From: Chiloscyllium plagiosum
Taxonomy: Eukaryota
Length of the DNA stretch: 64,000 bases
Direction of reading: 5' to 3'
Assembly (NCBI RefSeq): GCF_004010195.1
Contig: NC_057719.1
Location: 36,242,585-36,306,584, forward strand
In this document: piece after piece, positions 39,105 to 51,654 of the stretch
How positions within the stretch are numbered: the stretch's first letter is position 1
Layout: each line of letters opens with the position of its first letter
The notes under the pieces: generated by a model
Told to the model about the DNA's origin: nothing
Database searches by the model: none
The model's input: the letters and a program-made list of their open reading frames with translations, nothing else
Translations under genes and position numbers: made by a program

Positions 39105-40964
39105 TAAATCTATGGATTTAGGAGAGCTAGAAGAGGGCATGAGGAAGCTTTGGTGGGTAGGATTAAGAAAAACTCTAAGACGTTATACATTTATGTGAGG
39201 ATCAAAAGGATGGTCAGAGTGAGGGTAGGGCTGATCATGGATGGTGGAGGGAACTTGTGCCTGAAGTTGGAGGAGGTAAGGGAGGTCCTTAATGAATACT
39301 TTGCTTCAGTATTCACTAGTGAGCGGGACCTTATCATTTATGAGGACAGCATGAAACAGGCTGATATGCTCAAACAGGTTGATGTTAAGTAGGATGATGT
39401 GCTGGAAATTTTGAGAAACATGAGGATAGATAAGTCCCCTTATCTGGGCCAGACGGGATATACCCAAGGTTACCATGGGAATCGAGGGAAGAGGTTGCTG
39501 TGCCTTTGGTAATGATCTTTGTATCCTCACTGTCCACTGGAGTATTACCAGATGATTGGAGGGGAGCAAATGTTATTCCCTTTTTCAAGAAAGGGAATAG
39601 GGATAATCCTGGGAATTACAGACCAGTTAGTCTTGTGTCTGTGGTGGGCAAATTATAAGAGATAATTCTGAGACAGGATGTATGACTATTTGGAAAAGCC
39701 TAGTTTGATTAGCATGGCTTTGTGAGGGGCAGATCATGCCTTGCAAACCTTATTGAATTCCTTGAGGATGTGACAAAACACATTGAAGGTAGAACAGTTG
39801 ATGTGGTCTATATGGATTTTAGCAAGGCATTTGATAAGGTTCCCCATGGTAGACTCATTCAGAAAGTAAGGAGGCATGGGATACAGGGAAATCTGTCTGT
39901 TTGGATATAGAATTGGCTGGCCCGTAGAAGACAGGGGGTGGAAGTAAATGGAAAGTATTCAGCCTGGAATTCAGTGACCAGTGGTGTTCTGTAGGGCTTC
40001 TGCTCTTTGTGATTTTTATAAATGACTTGGATGAGGAAGTGGAAGGGTGGGTTAGTAAGTTTTCTGATGACACAAAGGTTGGTGGAGTTGTGGATATGTA
40101 GAGGGCTGTTTCAGTTTGCAACAGGACATTGACAGGATGCAGAGCTGGGCTGAGAAGTGGCAGATGGGCTTCAACCTGGAAAAGTGTGAAATTATCCATT
40201 TTGGAAGGTCAAATTCAAATGCAGATTACCCGGTTAAAGGCAGGATTTTTGGCAGTGTGGAGGAACAGAGGGATTTTGGGGTCCATGTCCATAGATCCCT
40301 TAAAGTTGTTACCAAGTTGATAACATTGTTCAGAAGGTGCATGGTGTGTTGGCTTTCATTAGCAGGGGAATTGAGTTTAAGAGCCATGAGGTTATGCTGC
40401 AGCTCTATAAAGTCCTGGTTAGATCATGCTTGGAATATTGTGTTCAATTCTGGTCACGTCATTATTGGAAGGATGTGGAAGCGTTAGAGAGATTGTTGAG
40501 GGGACTTATCCAGGATGCTGCCTGGACTGGAGGGCATGTCTTATGAAGAAATGTTGAGGGAGCTAGGGCTTTTCTCATTGGAGTGAAAAAGGATAACAGC
40601 TGACTTGATAAAGGTGTACAAGATGATGAGAGGCATAGTTAGAGTGAATAGTCAGAGTCATTTTCCTAGGGCGGAAATGGCTATCATGGTGGGGAATAAA
40701 TTTAAGGTGATTGGAGGAAGGTTTACGGGAGATGTCAGAGGTAGGTTCTTTACACAGAGTGGTGGGTGGGTGCAATACACTGCTAGCAGCTGTAGTAGAG
40801 TCAGATACATTAGGGACATTTAAGCAACTCTTGGAAAGGCACTTCGATGATAATAAATTGTAGGGATGTAAGTTAGTTTGATCTTAGAGTAGAATAAAAG
40901 GTCGGCACAACATCAAGAGCTGAAGGGCTTGTACTGTGCTGTACTGTTCTATGTTCTATGTTCT
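39105..40964 (+). mobile_element. CR1-type LINE, 5'-truncated
   Basis: GRSCLANLIEF...VDVVYMDFSKAFDKVPHGRL and WAEKWQMGFN, with (GTTCTAT)n tail. Same family as 9298-10280. Confidence 0.88.
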
Positions 40965-41276
40965 AACCAGTGGTCACAGTCTCAGGATACAGGGTAATCC
41001 ATTTAGAACTGAGATGAAGAAGTGTTCCCTAATTTAGAGGGTGGTCAACTTATGGATACAGATCTAGCATTCATGATGTAAAAGGGCTAATTAACAATCT
41101 TGTTGTGAAAGAGATGAAAGACCACAATATGAGAGAACTTTACATATTGTGTGAAAGTGAGGTCTTTCCAGCCAAAGCAAGGGTGTAAAATTTGAATAAG
41201 GAAAATTACAAAGACATGAGGCACGAATTGGCTGAAGGGATTGTGAAAATTCATTAAAAGACAGGTCTATACATAG

Positions 41277-41412
41277 AATGGATTCCTGAAGGAGTGCTTA
41301 TGCCCGAAACATCGACTCTCTGCTCCTCGGATGCTGCCTGGCCTGCTGTGTTTTTCCAGCACCACATTTTTCAACTCTGGTACTCCAGCATCTGCAGTCC
41401 TCACTTTCTCCT
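41277..41412 (+). mobile_element. Short PLE-derived element, 14-bp TSD
   Basis: AGG(t/a)CTATACATAG at 41263-41276 and 41413-41426. Degenerate core CTGAAGG...GAAACATC. Confidence 0.75.
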
Positions 41413-42189
41413 AGGACTATACATAGGCAATGGATAGTCTTTACGAACTATTGCATGACTGACAGCAAATGTATATTCACTCAAGGTACAGACTCAAAAA
41501 GGTCAGCTATAGTTAGTAAAAGATTGGAAGAAAACAGCCACAAAATTTCAGAAAAAGTAATAATTCTGAAGATTGATATATTTATATAGTACAACAAAGG
41601 AGGACCAAGAAACTACGAAGAAGGGGTAAGTAGAATCAAATGAAAACCATAAACAATGGATTGCAAAAGCTTTTAAAGGTTTTCGTGACAGGAAATGTTT
41701 AGCTAATACAGATGTGTGTTCATTACAGGCAGAGTTAGGAGAACTTATGAAAAAGAAATGATGCTCAATGATTACTTTGTGTCTGTTTTCACTGAGCAAG
41801 ATGCCAGCAATCTCCCAGAACCAGAGTTCAAAGGAGCTATAAGAAGTTGAAGCAAATTAGGATAAATAAAATTGCATTGAAGAAATTGATGGGACTGAAT
41901 TTGATCAATCCCCAGATTCTAATGGTATACATTCCAGAGTGTTGAAGGAGGTGCTACAGCGATGGTTGATGCATTGATGTTTATCTTCAAGCATTCTAGA
42001 GATTCTGGAATAATTCCTGCAGATTGGATAGCAAATGTCACCACGCTAGTTGAGAAGGAAGCAAGAGAGGAAGCAGAGAACTATAGATATGACTAGCTTA
42101 CATTAGTAGTAGGGAAAATGCCAGAATCTGTTATGAAGGATGGGATAAGTAGATACCTGGCTGATAATGATCTGATTTGGAATATCCTG

Positions 42190-42286
42190 CCCCACTAGTT
42201 ATCTGGCAAAGGAGCAGCACTCTGAAAGCTTGTAGTTTCAATAAACCTGTTGGACTATAACTTTGGGTTGTGTGATTTTTAACTTC
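42190..42286 (+). mobile_element. Decayed copy of the Neptune-type PLE terminal repeat
   Basis: GGAGCAGCACTCTGAAAGCTTG...AAACCTGTTGGACTATAAC...TTGTGTGATTT matches 13860-13930. Confidence 0.6.
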
Positions 42287-43029
42287 GATATGTAATAGTC
42301 AGCACGGATTTGCGAATGGGAATTATGTTTGATGAACTTGCTGAAGTATTTTGGAGGTATTACAAATTAAAAATATATAGTACACATAAAAATGATTTGG
42401 AATTGGGGACCAAATGTAATATTTCATAATTTACGAGCATAAAATACAAGTGGAAATTTGTTTTGTGAGGATAATGTAAAGCAGCTTAGAAAGTGGGCAA
42501 GAACATGGCAGTTGGAATATAATGTGAAAACATGTGAGGTTATCCACTTTGTTGGGAGAAACAGATGTGCAGAGTATGTCTTAGCTGATAAGAGGTTGGA
42601 AAGTGCAAATGCACAAAGGGACCGAGAGGTCCTTGTGGAGAAGTCACTGAAGGCTAACATGCAGGTGCAGTGAGCTGTTGAGAACTGAATTGAATGTTAA
42701 ATTTTATCCTAAAAGGATTTGAGTACAGGAATAATGAAAACTTACTTCACTTGTATAGGAACTTGGTTAGACCGCACATGGAGTACAGTGTGCAGGTTTG
42801 GTCTCTATAGCAAGAGTGTGACAAAGGTCCATCAGGATAGTGGGACTATTCTATGAAGAGAGGTCGTGCAAACTGGGCTTGTTTTCTCTTGCATTTCACA
42901 GAGAAACATTAAAACTTATAAAAGACTTAAAGGTACAGACAAGATATGCTGTAAAACAAGCAGGCTGTGGAATCTAGAATCAGGGTCCTTAAAAAAAAAT
43001 TTTAAAATAATTTGCCATTCTTCTCAGAG

Positions 43030-44290
43030 CATAGAACATAGAACATTACAGCACAGTACAGGCCCTTCAGCCCTCGATGTTGCACTGACCCGTGAAACCA
43101 ATCTGAAGCCCATCTAACCTACACTATTCCTTTCTCATCCATATGCCTATCAATGGCCATTTAAATGCCCTTTAAGTTGGCAAGTCTACTACTGTTGCAG
43201 GCAGTGCGTTCCACGCCCATACTACTCTCAAGTAAAGAAACTACTTCTGACATCTGTCCTATATCTATCACCCCTCAATTTAAAGCTATGTCACCTTGTG
43301 CTAGCCATCACCATCCGAGGAAAAAGGCTCTCACTGCCCACCCTATTTAACCCTCTGATTATCTTATATGTCTCAATTAAGTCACCTCTCAACTTTCTTC
43401 TCTTTAACAAAAACAGCCTCAAGTCCCTCACACCTTGCTCATAAAACCTTCCCTCCATACCAGGCAACATTCTAGTAAATCTCCTCTGAACCCTTTCCAA
43501 AGCTTCCACATCCTTCCTATAATGTGGTGACCAGAACTGTACGCAATACTCCAAGTGCGGCTGCACCAGAGTTTTGTACAGCTGCAGCATGACCTTGTGG
43601 CTCCGAAACTTAATCCCTCTACCAATAAAAGCTAACACACCATATGCCTTCTTAACAAGCCTATCAACCTGTGTGGTAACTTTCAATGTATACATGGACA
43701 TTGAGATCACTCTGCTCATCTACACTACCAAGAATCTTACCATTAGCCCAGTACGCTGCATTCCTGTTACTCATTCCAAAGTGAATCACCTCACACATTT
43801 CCGCATTAAACTCCATTTGCTATCCCTCAGCCCAGCTCTGCAGCTTATCTACATCTCTCTGTAACCTTCGTCACTACCCACAACGCTACTGACCTTGATA
43901 TCATCTGCAAATTTACTAATCCACCCTTCTATGCCCTCATCCAGGTCATTTATAAAAATGACAAACAGCAGTGGTCCCAAAACACCACTGCAGTACACCA
44001 ATAGTAATTGAACTCCAAGATGAATATTTCCCATCAACTACCACCCTCTATCCTCTTTCAGCTAGTCAATTTCTGATCCAAACAGCTAAATCACCCTCAA
44101 TTCAATGCCTACGTATTTTGTGCAATAACCTACCGTGGGGAACCTTATCAAATGCCTTACTGAAATCCATATGCGCCACATCAATCGCTTTACCCTCATC
44201 CACCTGTTTAGTCACCTTCTCAAAGAACTCAGTAAAGTTTGTGAGGCACGACCTATCCTTCACAAAAACGTGTGACTATCCCTAACCAAC
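43030..44290 (-). mobile_element. CR1-type LINE, 5'-truncated
   Basis: GVLGPLLFVIFINDLD...SKFADD and [19 protein letters not shown]. Confidence 0.88.
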
Positions 44291-44439
44291 CTATCTCTTA
44301 ATTCTGAGATGTGGAAATTTTTTTATTCTAAAGGGTTGTGAACTTTTGGAATTCTGTACCACAGATGGTATGGAAACTCAGTCTTTGCATATGTTTAAGG
44401 CAGAGATTGATAGCTTTCTGATTACCGATGACCTTATTT

Positions 44440-47210
44440 TATTTAGTCATGGGACATTGGCATCACTGGCTGGCCAGCATTTATTACCTGTCCTTAGTTG
44501 CCCTTGAGAAGGTGATGGTGAGTCGCCTTCTTGAACTGCTACAGTCTGTGTGCCGTAAATTGACCTACAATGACCTTAGAAAGGTAATTCCAGGATTTTG
44601 ACCCAGCAACAGTGAAGGAACGCTGATATATTTCCAAGTCAGATTGGTGAGTGGCTTGTAAGGGAATTTGCAGGTGCTGGTGTTCCATCTGCTGCCTTCT
44701 CCTTCTAGATGGAAGTGGTCATTGATTTGAAAGGTGCTGTTGAAGGATCTTTGATGAATTTCTATAGAGCGTCTTGTAGATAGTACATACTATGCCTACA
44801 GAGTGTCAGTAATGGAGGGAGTGGATGCTGTGGATGCAGCGCCAGTCAAATGGCCTGGATGGTATCAAGCTTAGTGAGTCTGTTGAAGCTGCACCCATCT
44901 AGGCAAATAGGAAGTATTCAATCAGACTCCTGATTTATGCCTTGTAAATGGTCAACAGGCTTTGGGGAGGCATGAGATGAGTTACTCATTGCAATATTCC
45001 TAGCCTCTGACCCACTCTTGTAGCCACTGTACGTTGTGGCAAATCCAAAGAGTTTCTTATCAATGGTAATCCCAGGATACTAATAGTGGGGGATTCAGTG
45101 ATGGTAACATTATTGAATGTCAAGGGGAAATAGTTAGATTGTCTCTTATTGGTGATGGTCATTGACTGGCATTTGTGTGGTGTGAATGTTACTTGTCACT
45201 TGTCAGGGCAAGCCTGAACATTGTCCAAACCTTGTAGTATTTGGACTGCTTCAGGATACGAGGAGTCAAGGATGGTGCTGAACGTTGTGCAATCATCGGC
45301 AAATCTCCTCACCTCTGACCTTACGAGGGAGGGAAGGTCATTGATGAAGCAGCTGAAGATGGTTGGGCCTAGAACACCAACCTGACTTGCAGAGATGTCC
45401 TGGAGCTGAGATGACTGACCTCCAATAACCACATACATCTTCCTAATGTGCTAAGTATGACTCCAATAAGTTTGCCCACTGATGATTGTATTTTTGCTTG
45501 GGCTCCTTGATGCCGCACTCAGTTGAATGAGGTCTTGATGTCAAGAGCTGTCACTCTCATATCACCTGTGGAATTAAGTTCCTCTGCTGTGTTTTTCCAG
45601 TAATTTCTGTTTTCATTTCTGGAATTCAGCTTTTTTGTCCATGTTTGAACCAAGGCTGTAATGAGGAGCTGAGTGGCCCTGGAGGAACCCAAACTGGGCG
45701 TCACTGAGCAGATTATTGCTGAGCAGGTGCTGCTTAATTGCACTGCTGATGACACCTTCCGTCACTTTACTGATGATCACAGTGGACTGATGGGGCAGTT
45801 ATTGGCCAGGTTGGATTTATCCTGCAGGTTCTGGAGTACAAATTTTCAGTACTATTGTCAGAATGGTGTCAGGGCCCACAGCCTTTGCAGTAACCAGTGT
45901 CTCCAACATGAAGTTAATCGAATTGGCTGAAGACTGTTATCCATAATGCTGGAGGAGGCTATGATGGATCATCCACTCAGCATTTCTGGCTGAGGGTTGC
46001 TGCAAATGCTTCCACCTTATCTTTGCACTGATGTGCTGGGTCTTCCATCATTGAGGATGGGGATATTTGTGGATCCTCCTCCTCAGTGAGCTATTTAATT
46101 GTCCACCATCAGTCATGACTGAATGTGGCAGGACTACAGAACTTGGTTGTGGGATTGCATGATTCTGTCTATCACTTGCTGCTTATGCTTTTTGGCATGC
46201 AAGTAATTCTGTTTGGTGGCTTCACCAGGTTGACACATCATCTTCAGGTATGCCTGGTGCTGTTCATTGCATGCCTTCCTGCACTTTGCATTGAACTAGA
46301 GTTGATCCCTGGCTGCATGGTATTGGTTGAGTGAGTATGGGCTAAGCTGGGCTATGGGGTTACAGATTGTGTTGGAGTACAATTCTGCTACTGTTGATGG
46401 CTAACAGCACCTCATGGATGCCTGATCTTGAGTTGCTAGGTCTGTTCGAAGTCTGTCCCATTTAGCACAGTGGTGGTGTAAACATGATGGAGATTATTTT
46501 TAATGTGAAGGCTTGTCTTTGTCTCCAGAAGAACTGTATGGTGGTTACTCTTACTTCAACTGGCCTGGACAGATGATCTGCAGCTGGCACATTGGGGAGG
46601 ATGATATCGACTATGTATTTCCCTCTTTGTTCGTTCCCTCACCACGCGCCGCAGATCCAGTCTAGCAGCTATGTCCTTTAGGATCCGACCAGCTTGAACA
46701 GTAATGCTACTGCTGAGCCACTCTTGGTGGTAGTAATTAAAATCCAGTGTATATTGTGTGCCCTTGCCACCCTTTGTGCTTCCTCCAAGCATTGTTCAAC
46801 ATGGAAGAGTACTGATTCATCATCTGAGGGAGGATGGTATTTCATAATCAGTGGGAGATTTCCTTGCTTATGTTTAACCTAAAGCCATGAACGTTCATGG
46901 GGTCTGGAGTCAATAATGAGGCCCCCCTGGCAACTCTCTCTGGACTGTGTACCACTCTGTTGCCACTATCCTGCTGGTGGGTCAGGACATATCCAGCGGT
47001 AGTGATGGTTGGGTCCAGGACATTGTCTGTAAGGTATAATTCCGTGAGTGTGACTATGTCGGGCTGTTATTTGACTAGTCTGAGAGACAACTCTCCCTAT
47101 TTTGGCACTAGCTCCCAGATGTTAGTTAGATGGACTTTGCAGGGTCAACATGGCAGGTGCAGTTTCTGTTCTTGTTTTTTCTGATGCTTAGGTCAATGCC
47201 AGGTTATCTG
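44440..47210 (-). mobile_element. Old CR1/L2-group LINE, long decayed copy
   Basis: VLGPTIFSCFINDLPSLVRSEVRRFADDCT and VTALDIK RT motifs. Tail ...AATAAATGCTGGCCAGCCAGTGATGCC at the left end. Related fragments at ~4040-4285, 11650-12260, 50615-51115, 55540-55990 and 62040-62350. Confidence 0.7.
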
Positions 47211-48288
47211 TCCAGTTTCATTTATTTGCAGCGATTGAAACTGAGTGGCTTGCTAGGCCATTTCAGAGAGCACTTCAGAGTCAACCACATTGCTGTGGGT
47301 CTGGAGTCACATGTAGGCCAGTCCTGATGACAATGGTAGAGTTCCTACCTGAAGGGTATTAGTGAGCCAGATGGGTATTTCTAACAATCAACAGTAGTTT
47401 CATGGTGTTCAGTAGATTCTTAATTTCAGGTTTTCTTTTCATTAATTGAATTCAAATTCCACTAGTGAGATTTGAATCTTGGTCCCCAGAACATCAGCAG
47501 AGTTTCTGGGTTAATACTGTATCAATGATAGCAATATGCAATACTTCCCCTGCTGCAAAGGTCTGAGTTTGGAGAAAGCAAAAAGCATTTAAGTAAAGAT
47601 CAGCTATGATCATTTTGAATGATGCGAACATGCTCCATAGGATAAATGGCTTATTCCTGTTCCTATGATGCTGTAGCTCTCTCAACAACAAAAAATCCAC
47701 CACCTTTCTACACATCTTCATATGGAAGTGTCATATTGCACTCAATACATCAACTCAATTTTTCTTTCCACCATTGCTGCCAGAACTGCTGAGATTTTCC
47801 AGCACATCCCTTCTTTTAAGATTTTCAGCAGGTGCAGTATTTTGCTTTTATTTTTAGCATTTTGCTCATGGTTTGCTCGTAACAGTAAAACTCCAAAAAT
47901 GTGAAAACTTATGCCATCTCTTCAGCTATGAGCTGGAAGTTTAAATTTCACTTTAAAGATTGTTGGTCTCTATGAACAGGACGGAAATTATCTCATTACT
48001 ATTTCACTGATCAATGGAATTGGCTGTGTATTTCTTTACAATAACCAATCATTGACTGAGTTGTCTTGATGGCTGGCACAATGTAAATACATGTCCTTCC
48101 TTTCTGACATACCACCTTTGAGGCTATTTGCGGTGATTATATGGTCTCTCATGCTTGTCTGGGATTTGTTTCTAGATTTATAGATTCAATGAGTTAGTCT
48201 CTTGACACATTCCTCACAAAAGACTTGCTGAGTAGCATATTAAGTGAATAATTAACCTTGTAAATAGATACCACTGACTACAATTCTA

Positions 48289-49394
48289 TTTATTCAATGC
48301 ATCGGTAATTATGTATATCATATAGCAGTCAAACATAAGTGTCTATTTGGTCAATTGCTCTTAAATGAATTTTTTAATGTATTTATGATGGGAAATGAAC
48401 ATTGTATCAATAGCGTGAGATTACTACAGCAAAATTTTCAATTTGTACATGAGTTTACTAAGCTTTTGAATAATTTAATGTAAAATTTCTCATTTCTCAT
48501 AAAATGTAAAAATCGACCTGATGATTTTTCATCTAAAGTGTAAACAAACACAATTTTTCATACACTTCGTGTAAAAGTCAATCTTAGTTTTCAAGGATCA
48601 AAAATCAAAAGTTTCAGAAATAAAGAATAATCCTGTAATTGCTAATGATTTGATTTTATTATAAAGGTGAAATTCTATTGAAAATGAGCACTGGTAAAAA
48701 AATGCTACAACATATTTTAATTGTTGTTTTTAATTCTTTCAAATGATTAAATTGACCATATTTGTGACTACATTTGTGAGTGACAAATGTAAATGTGATT
48801 ATAAATACTTATCGGTAGTTTATGTATAGCATGCTGTTAAGAAATCCCGTTATAAAATCAATAAATATTAGATTGTTATCAAGAATTCTTTAGTGTTGGT
48901 GATTTTTACTTTATCCATTATGACAACCTTTTTTTGCATTTCACTTGGGTCCAAATCAAGCAAATGCATCAACCCCTCAAACATAAACCATATGAAAATT
49001 AACTCCGTGAGAATGGCCTACAAAATTGAACTTTTAGACACAGTAGCTAAATCTATTGAAGCAGAATATATAAATCATGAATTCAGACAAAAGTAGGATT
49101 TTTCTATGCCTTGTTCAATCAGATCGTGCACAATTAAAAGAACATTTAACTCATTGCTATCCCATTCTGCAGGTTACAGTGTTGTGGTAATTTAAAAATA
49201 CCATCATAATGTATAAGTTTCCACTTGGTCAATTTACAATTCACATAAATTCATGTATATGTTTCTAAACATAACAATTATCAAAAACATTCAAACAATA
49301 ATTATTACAAAATGCTGGAATATGCACTAATAATTCTAAATATATTGTTAAATAATTCAATATAATATGGGCAAATTGATTTACAAACAAACAT
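48289..49394 (-). promoter_or_regulatory. DLK1: Probable DLK1 3'UTR with candidate poly(A) signals
   Basis: AT-rich, repeat-free sequence after the stop codon. AATAAA on the minus strand at 48655-48660 and 48289-48294. The true 3' end is unknown. Confidence 0.5.
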
Positions 49395-50139
49395 TCAGAT
49401 AGATGTATAGTTTTTTCCATAGTTTGTCAATCGATTCACACTTGGAAAGATAATTTTGACTGAAAGGTCTTCATCTTTATCTTGGAGACGTTTCCTCTGT
49501 TTCCAGAGGAGATGACGATACTTAACATTAGCCAGCCATATTTCACACTTGTAGAAGAAAATAATCCCTGTAGTCCCTAGGATCACAAGACATGTCAATA
49601 ATCCAAGCACAGTAAAACAGATCACCTGACTACTACTCAGCAGTGAGTTGGATTTGTGAATGGTTTCTTTGACTGTGATTGTCAACATGCCATTACCTTG
49701 TTGATGCATTGATTTATGAGAGAAATGCAATGATCGTTGGAGGGGTTTGCCATGTCTAATCCAACGTGTTACTGCATGCTTAGAAACATTGTGCTTTGTG
49801 TCATGATTAAATGTTTGTGTTTGGCAAGTTTCTCCCTCATATTCAGGCAGGCAATTACAATAAAATCCTCCTCCAAGATGGTCATGGCAAGTGCCTCCAT
49901 TTTGACATGGATGGCTAAGGCAAGATGTGACTGAATAATCACAGAATTTGCCAGTGAATCCATTAGGGCAAGTACAGCTGAATCCAGAAATCTGATCTGT
50001 GCAGGTTCCATTGTTGGCACAAGGGTTTGGGTGACAGTTATCGATGCTTATTTCACAGAAGTCACCAGTAAAACCAGGCAAACAAAAGCAATAAGCCTTG
50101 TTATCATCAAAACAGCTTCCTCCATTCTGACAAAGTGGC
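49395..50139 (-). CDS. DLK1: DLK1 terminal coding exon (EGF4-6, juxtamembrane stalk, TM helix, cytoplasmic tail)
   Basis: Acceptor ttatttgattacag| with the exon starting at 50139. It reads (R)PLCQNGGSCFDDNKAYCFCLPGFTGDFCE..., then TM VICFTVLGLLTCLVILGTTGIIFFY (~49551-49625), then tail KCEIWLANVKYRHLL...EDLSVKIIFP...YTSI-TGA. The tail resembles DLK1 (KCETWVSNLRY...EDLAVNIIFP) rather than DLK2. Confidence 0.93.
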
Positions 50140-51421
50140 CTGTAATCAAATAAGTAAGTAATAGATATTGAATTGATTCATCTGTAATGTATCAATAACC
50201 TTGAAACTATCATACCAGCTTTTTTGGAATCCAATGTTAGCATGAAATGGCAATGTCTGCTATTTTTACTTCCTTGAGTAAAGGGCATTGTTCCCATTAA
50301 TACAATTAAGAGATTTTTTTTGGTCTCATTCCTGGGAAATTGGACACATGCAGACTCTTAAATAGAGGGAAATTATGTGGAACATGCATGTCTCAAACTG
50401 AACCTTTTCTTTTTCCATTAATTTAAAATTTTCTTTTCTTCATAGATCACTCTGGCTCCCTGTGATCATGGCTTTCTCTATACCTTGTTTCAAAGTATTA
50501 AGGGCATTAATGTCATCCAACTGGTCCAGGCACAGAGAAAGGAAAATGGGCCCTAGGATTACAAGAAGTGATGCTACAACCTCTCTCAGCCTGTTACAAC
50601 AATGCCAGTCTTTTTTGTTCACTCATGGGACATGGACATTGCTGACTGGCCAGCATTTATTGCCCACTTCTAGTTGCCCATGAGAAGGTATTAGTGAGCT
50701 GTCTTCTTCAATAGCAATCCACATGCTGTAGGTTCATCCACAATGTCTGAGAGAGGAATTCAAGCAACAGTTAAGGAACACTGACATATTTCCAAGTCAG
50801 GATGGTGAGTGGCTTGGAAGGGAACATGTAGGTGGTGATGTTCCCATGTATCTGCTGCCCTTGTCCTTCTAGATGGAAGGGATCATGAGTTTAGAAGGTG
50901 CCTTCTGATGATCTTTGGTGAGTTGTTTAGTGTATCTTGGTAGATAACACACTGCTTCTACTGAGCATCAATAGTGGAGTGAATGGATGCTTGTGAATGT
51001 GGTTGCAATCAAGTGGGCTGCGTTGTCCTGGATGGGGTCAACTTTCTTGAGTGTTGTTGAAGCTGCACCCATCCAGGCTCGTGGGGAGTATTCCATCCCA
51101 TCCCTGACTTGTGGGAGTGGATTTGGGGCATTGTACATGCTTTTCCAATTAACTATGGGTTTCAATGGACTGCATAACTTCCAACAATCATGTACTGTAC
51201 AACTCTGTTGCCACAAGTAAGGTTGTTCTGAACTTCTCACTGGAAAGCATTCATAGTAAATAACAAACCTGCACAGTTATGATAAAAATACAGATATACA
51301 TAAATTTAAACCTGTAAAATAACATCCATAAACACATGTGAATTAGTGAACAGTTAAATAGTAATATTGTGATTAGATATTATATGTAGTTTTGAGTTAG
51401 TCCTGCAAAGTCCTTGATAGA

Positions 51422-51654
51422 TATGCACTAATAATTATCAATATTTGTTAAATAATTCAATATAAGCAAAATAATTTATAAACAAACATTCAAGTAGATG
51501 TACAGTTTGTTCTGTAGTTTATCAAATGATTCACACTTGGAAATATAAATTTGACTGAAAGGCTTTCATTTTTATCTTGGAGATGCTTCTCTGTTTCCAG
51601 AGGTGAAGGTGAAACTTGGCATTTTCCAGCCATATTTTACATTTCGATAAGAAG
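51422..51654 (-). pseudogene. Intronic degenerate duplicate of the DLK1 cytoplasmic-tail coding sequence plus proximal 3'UTR
   Basis: Aligns by eye to 49321-49557. It reads FLSKCKIWLENAKFHLHLWKQ, then a 1-nt deletion, then KHLQDKNESLSVKFIFPSVNHLINYRTNCTST-TGA, followed by ~70 nt of UTR homology. Confidence 0.88.

Larger units (their letters stand above)
41060..42960 (+). mobile_element. Older decayed CR1 ORF2 fragment with nested PLE-derived inserts
   Basis: WARTWQLEYNVKTCEVIHF...QRDREVLV and upstream CR1-like segments. Confidence 0.65.
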
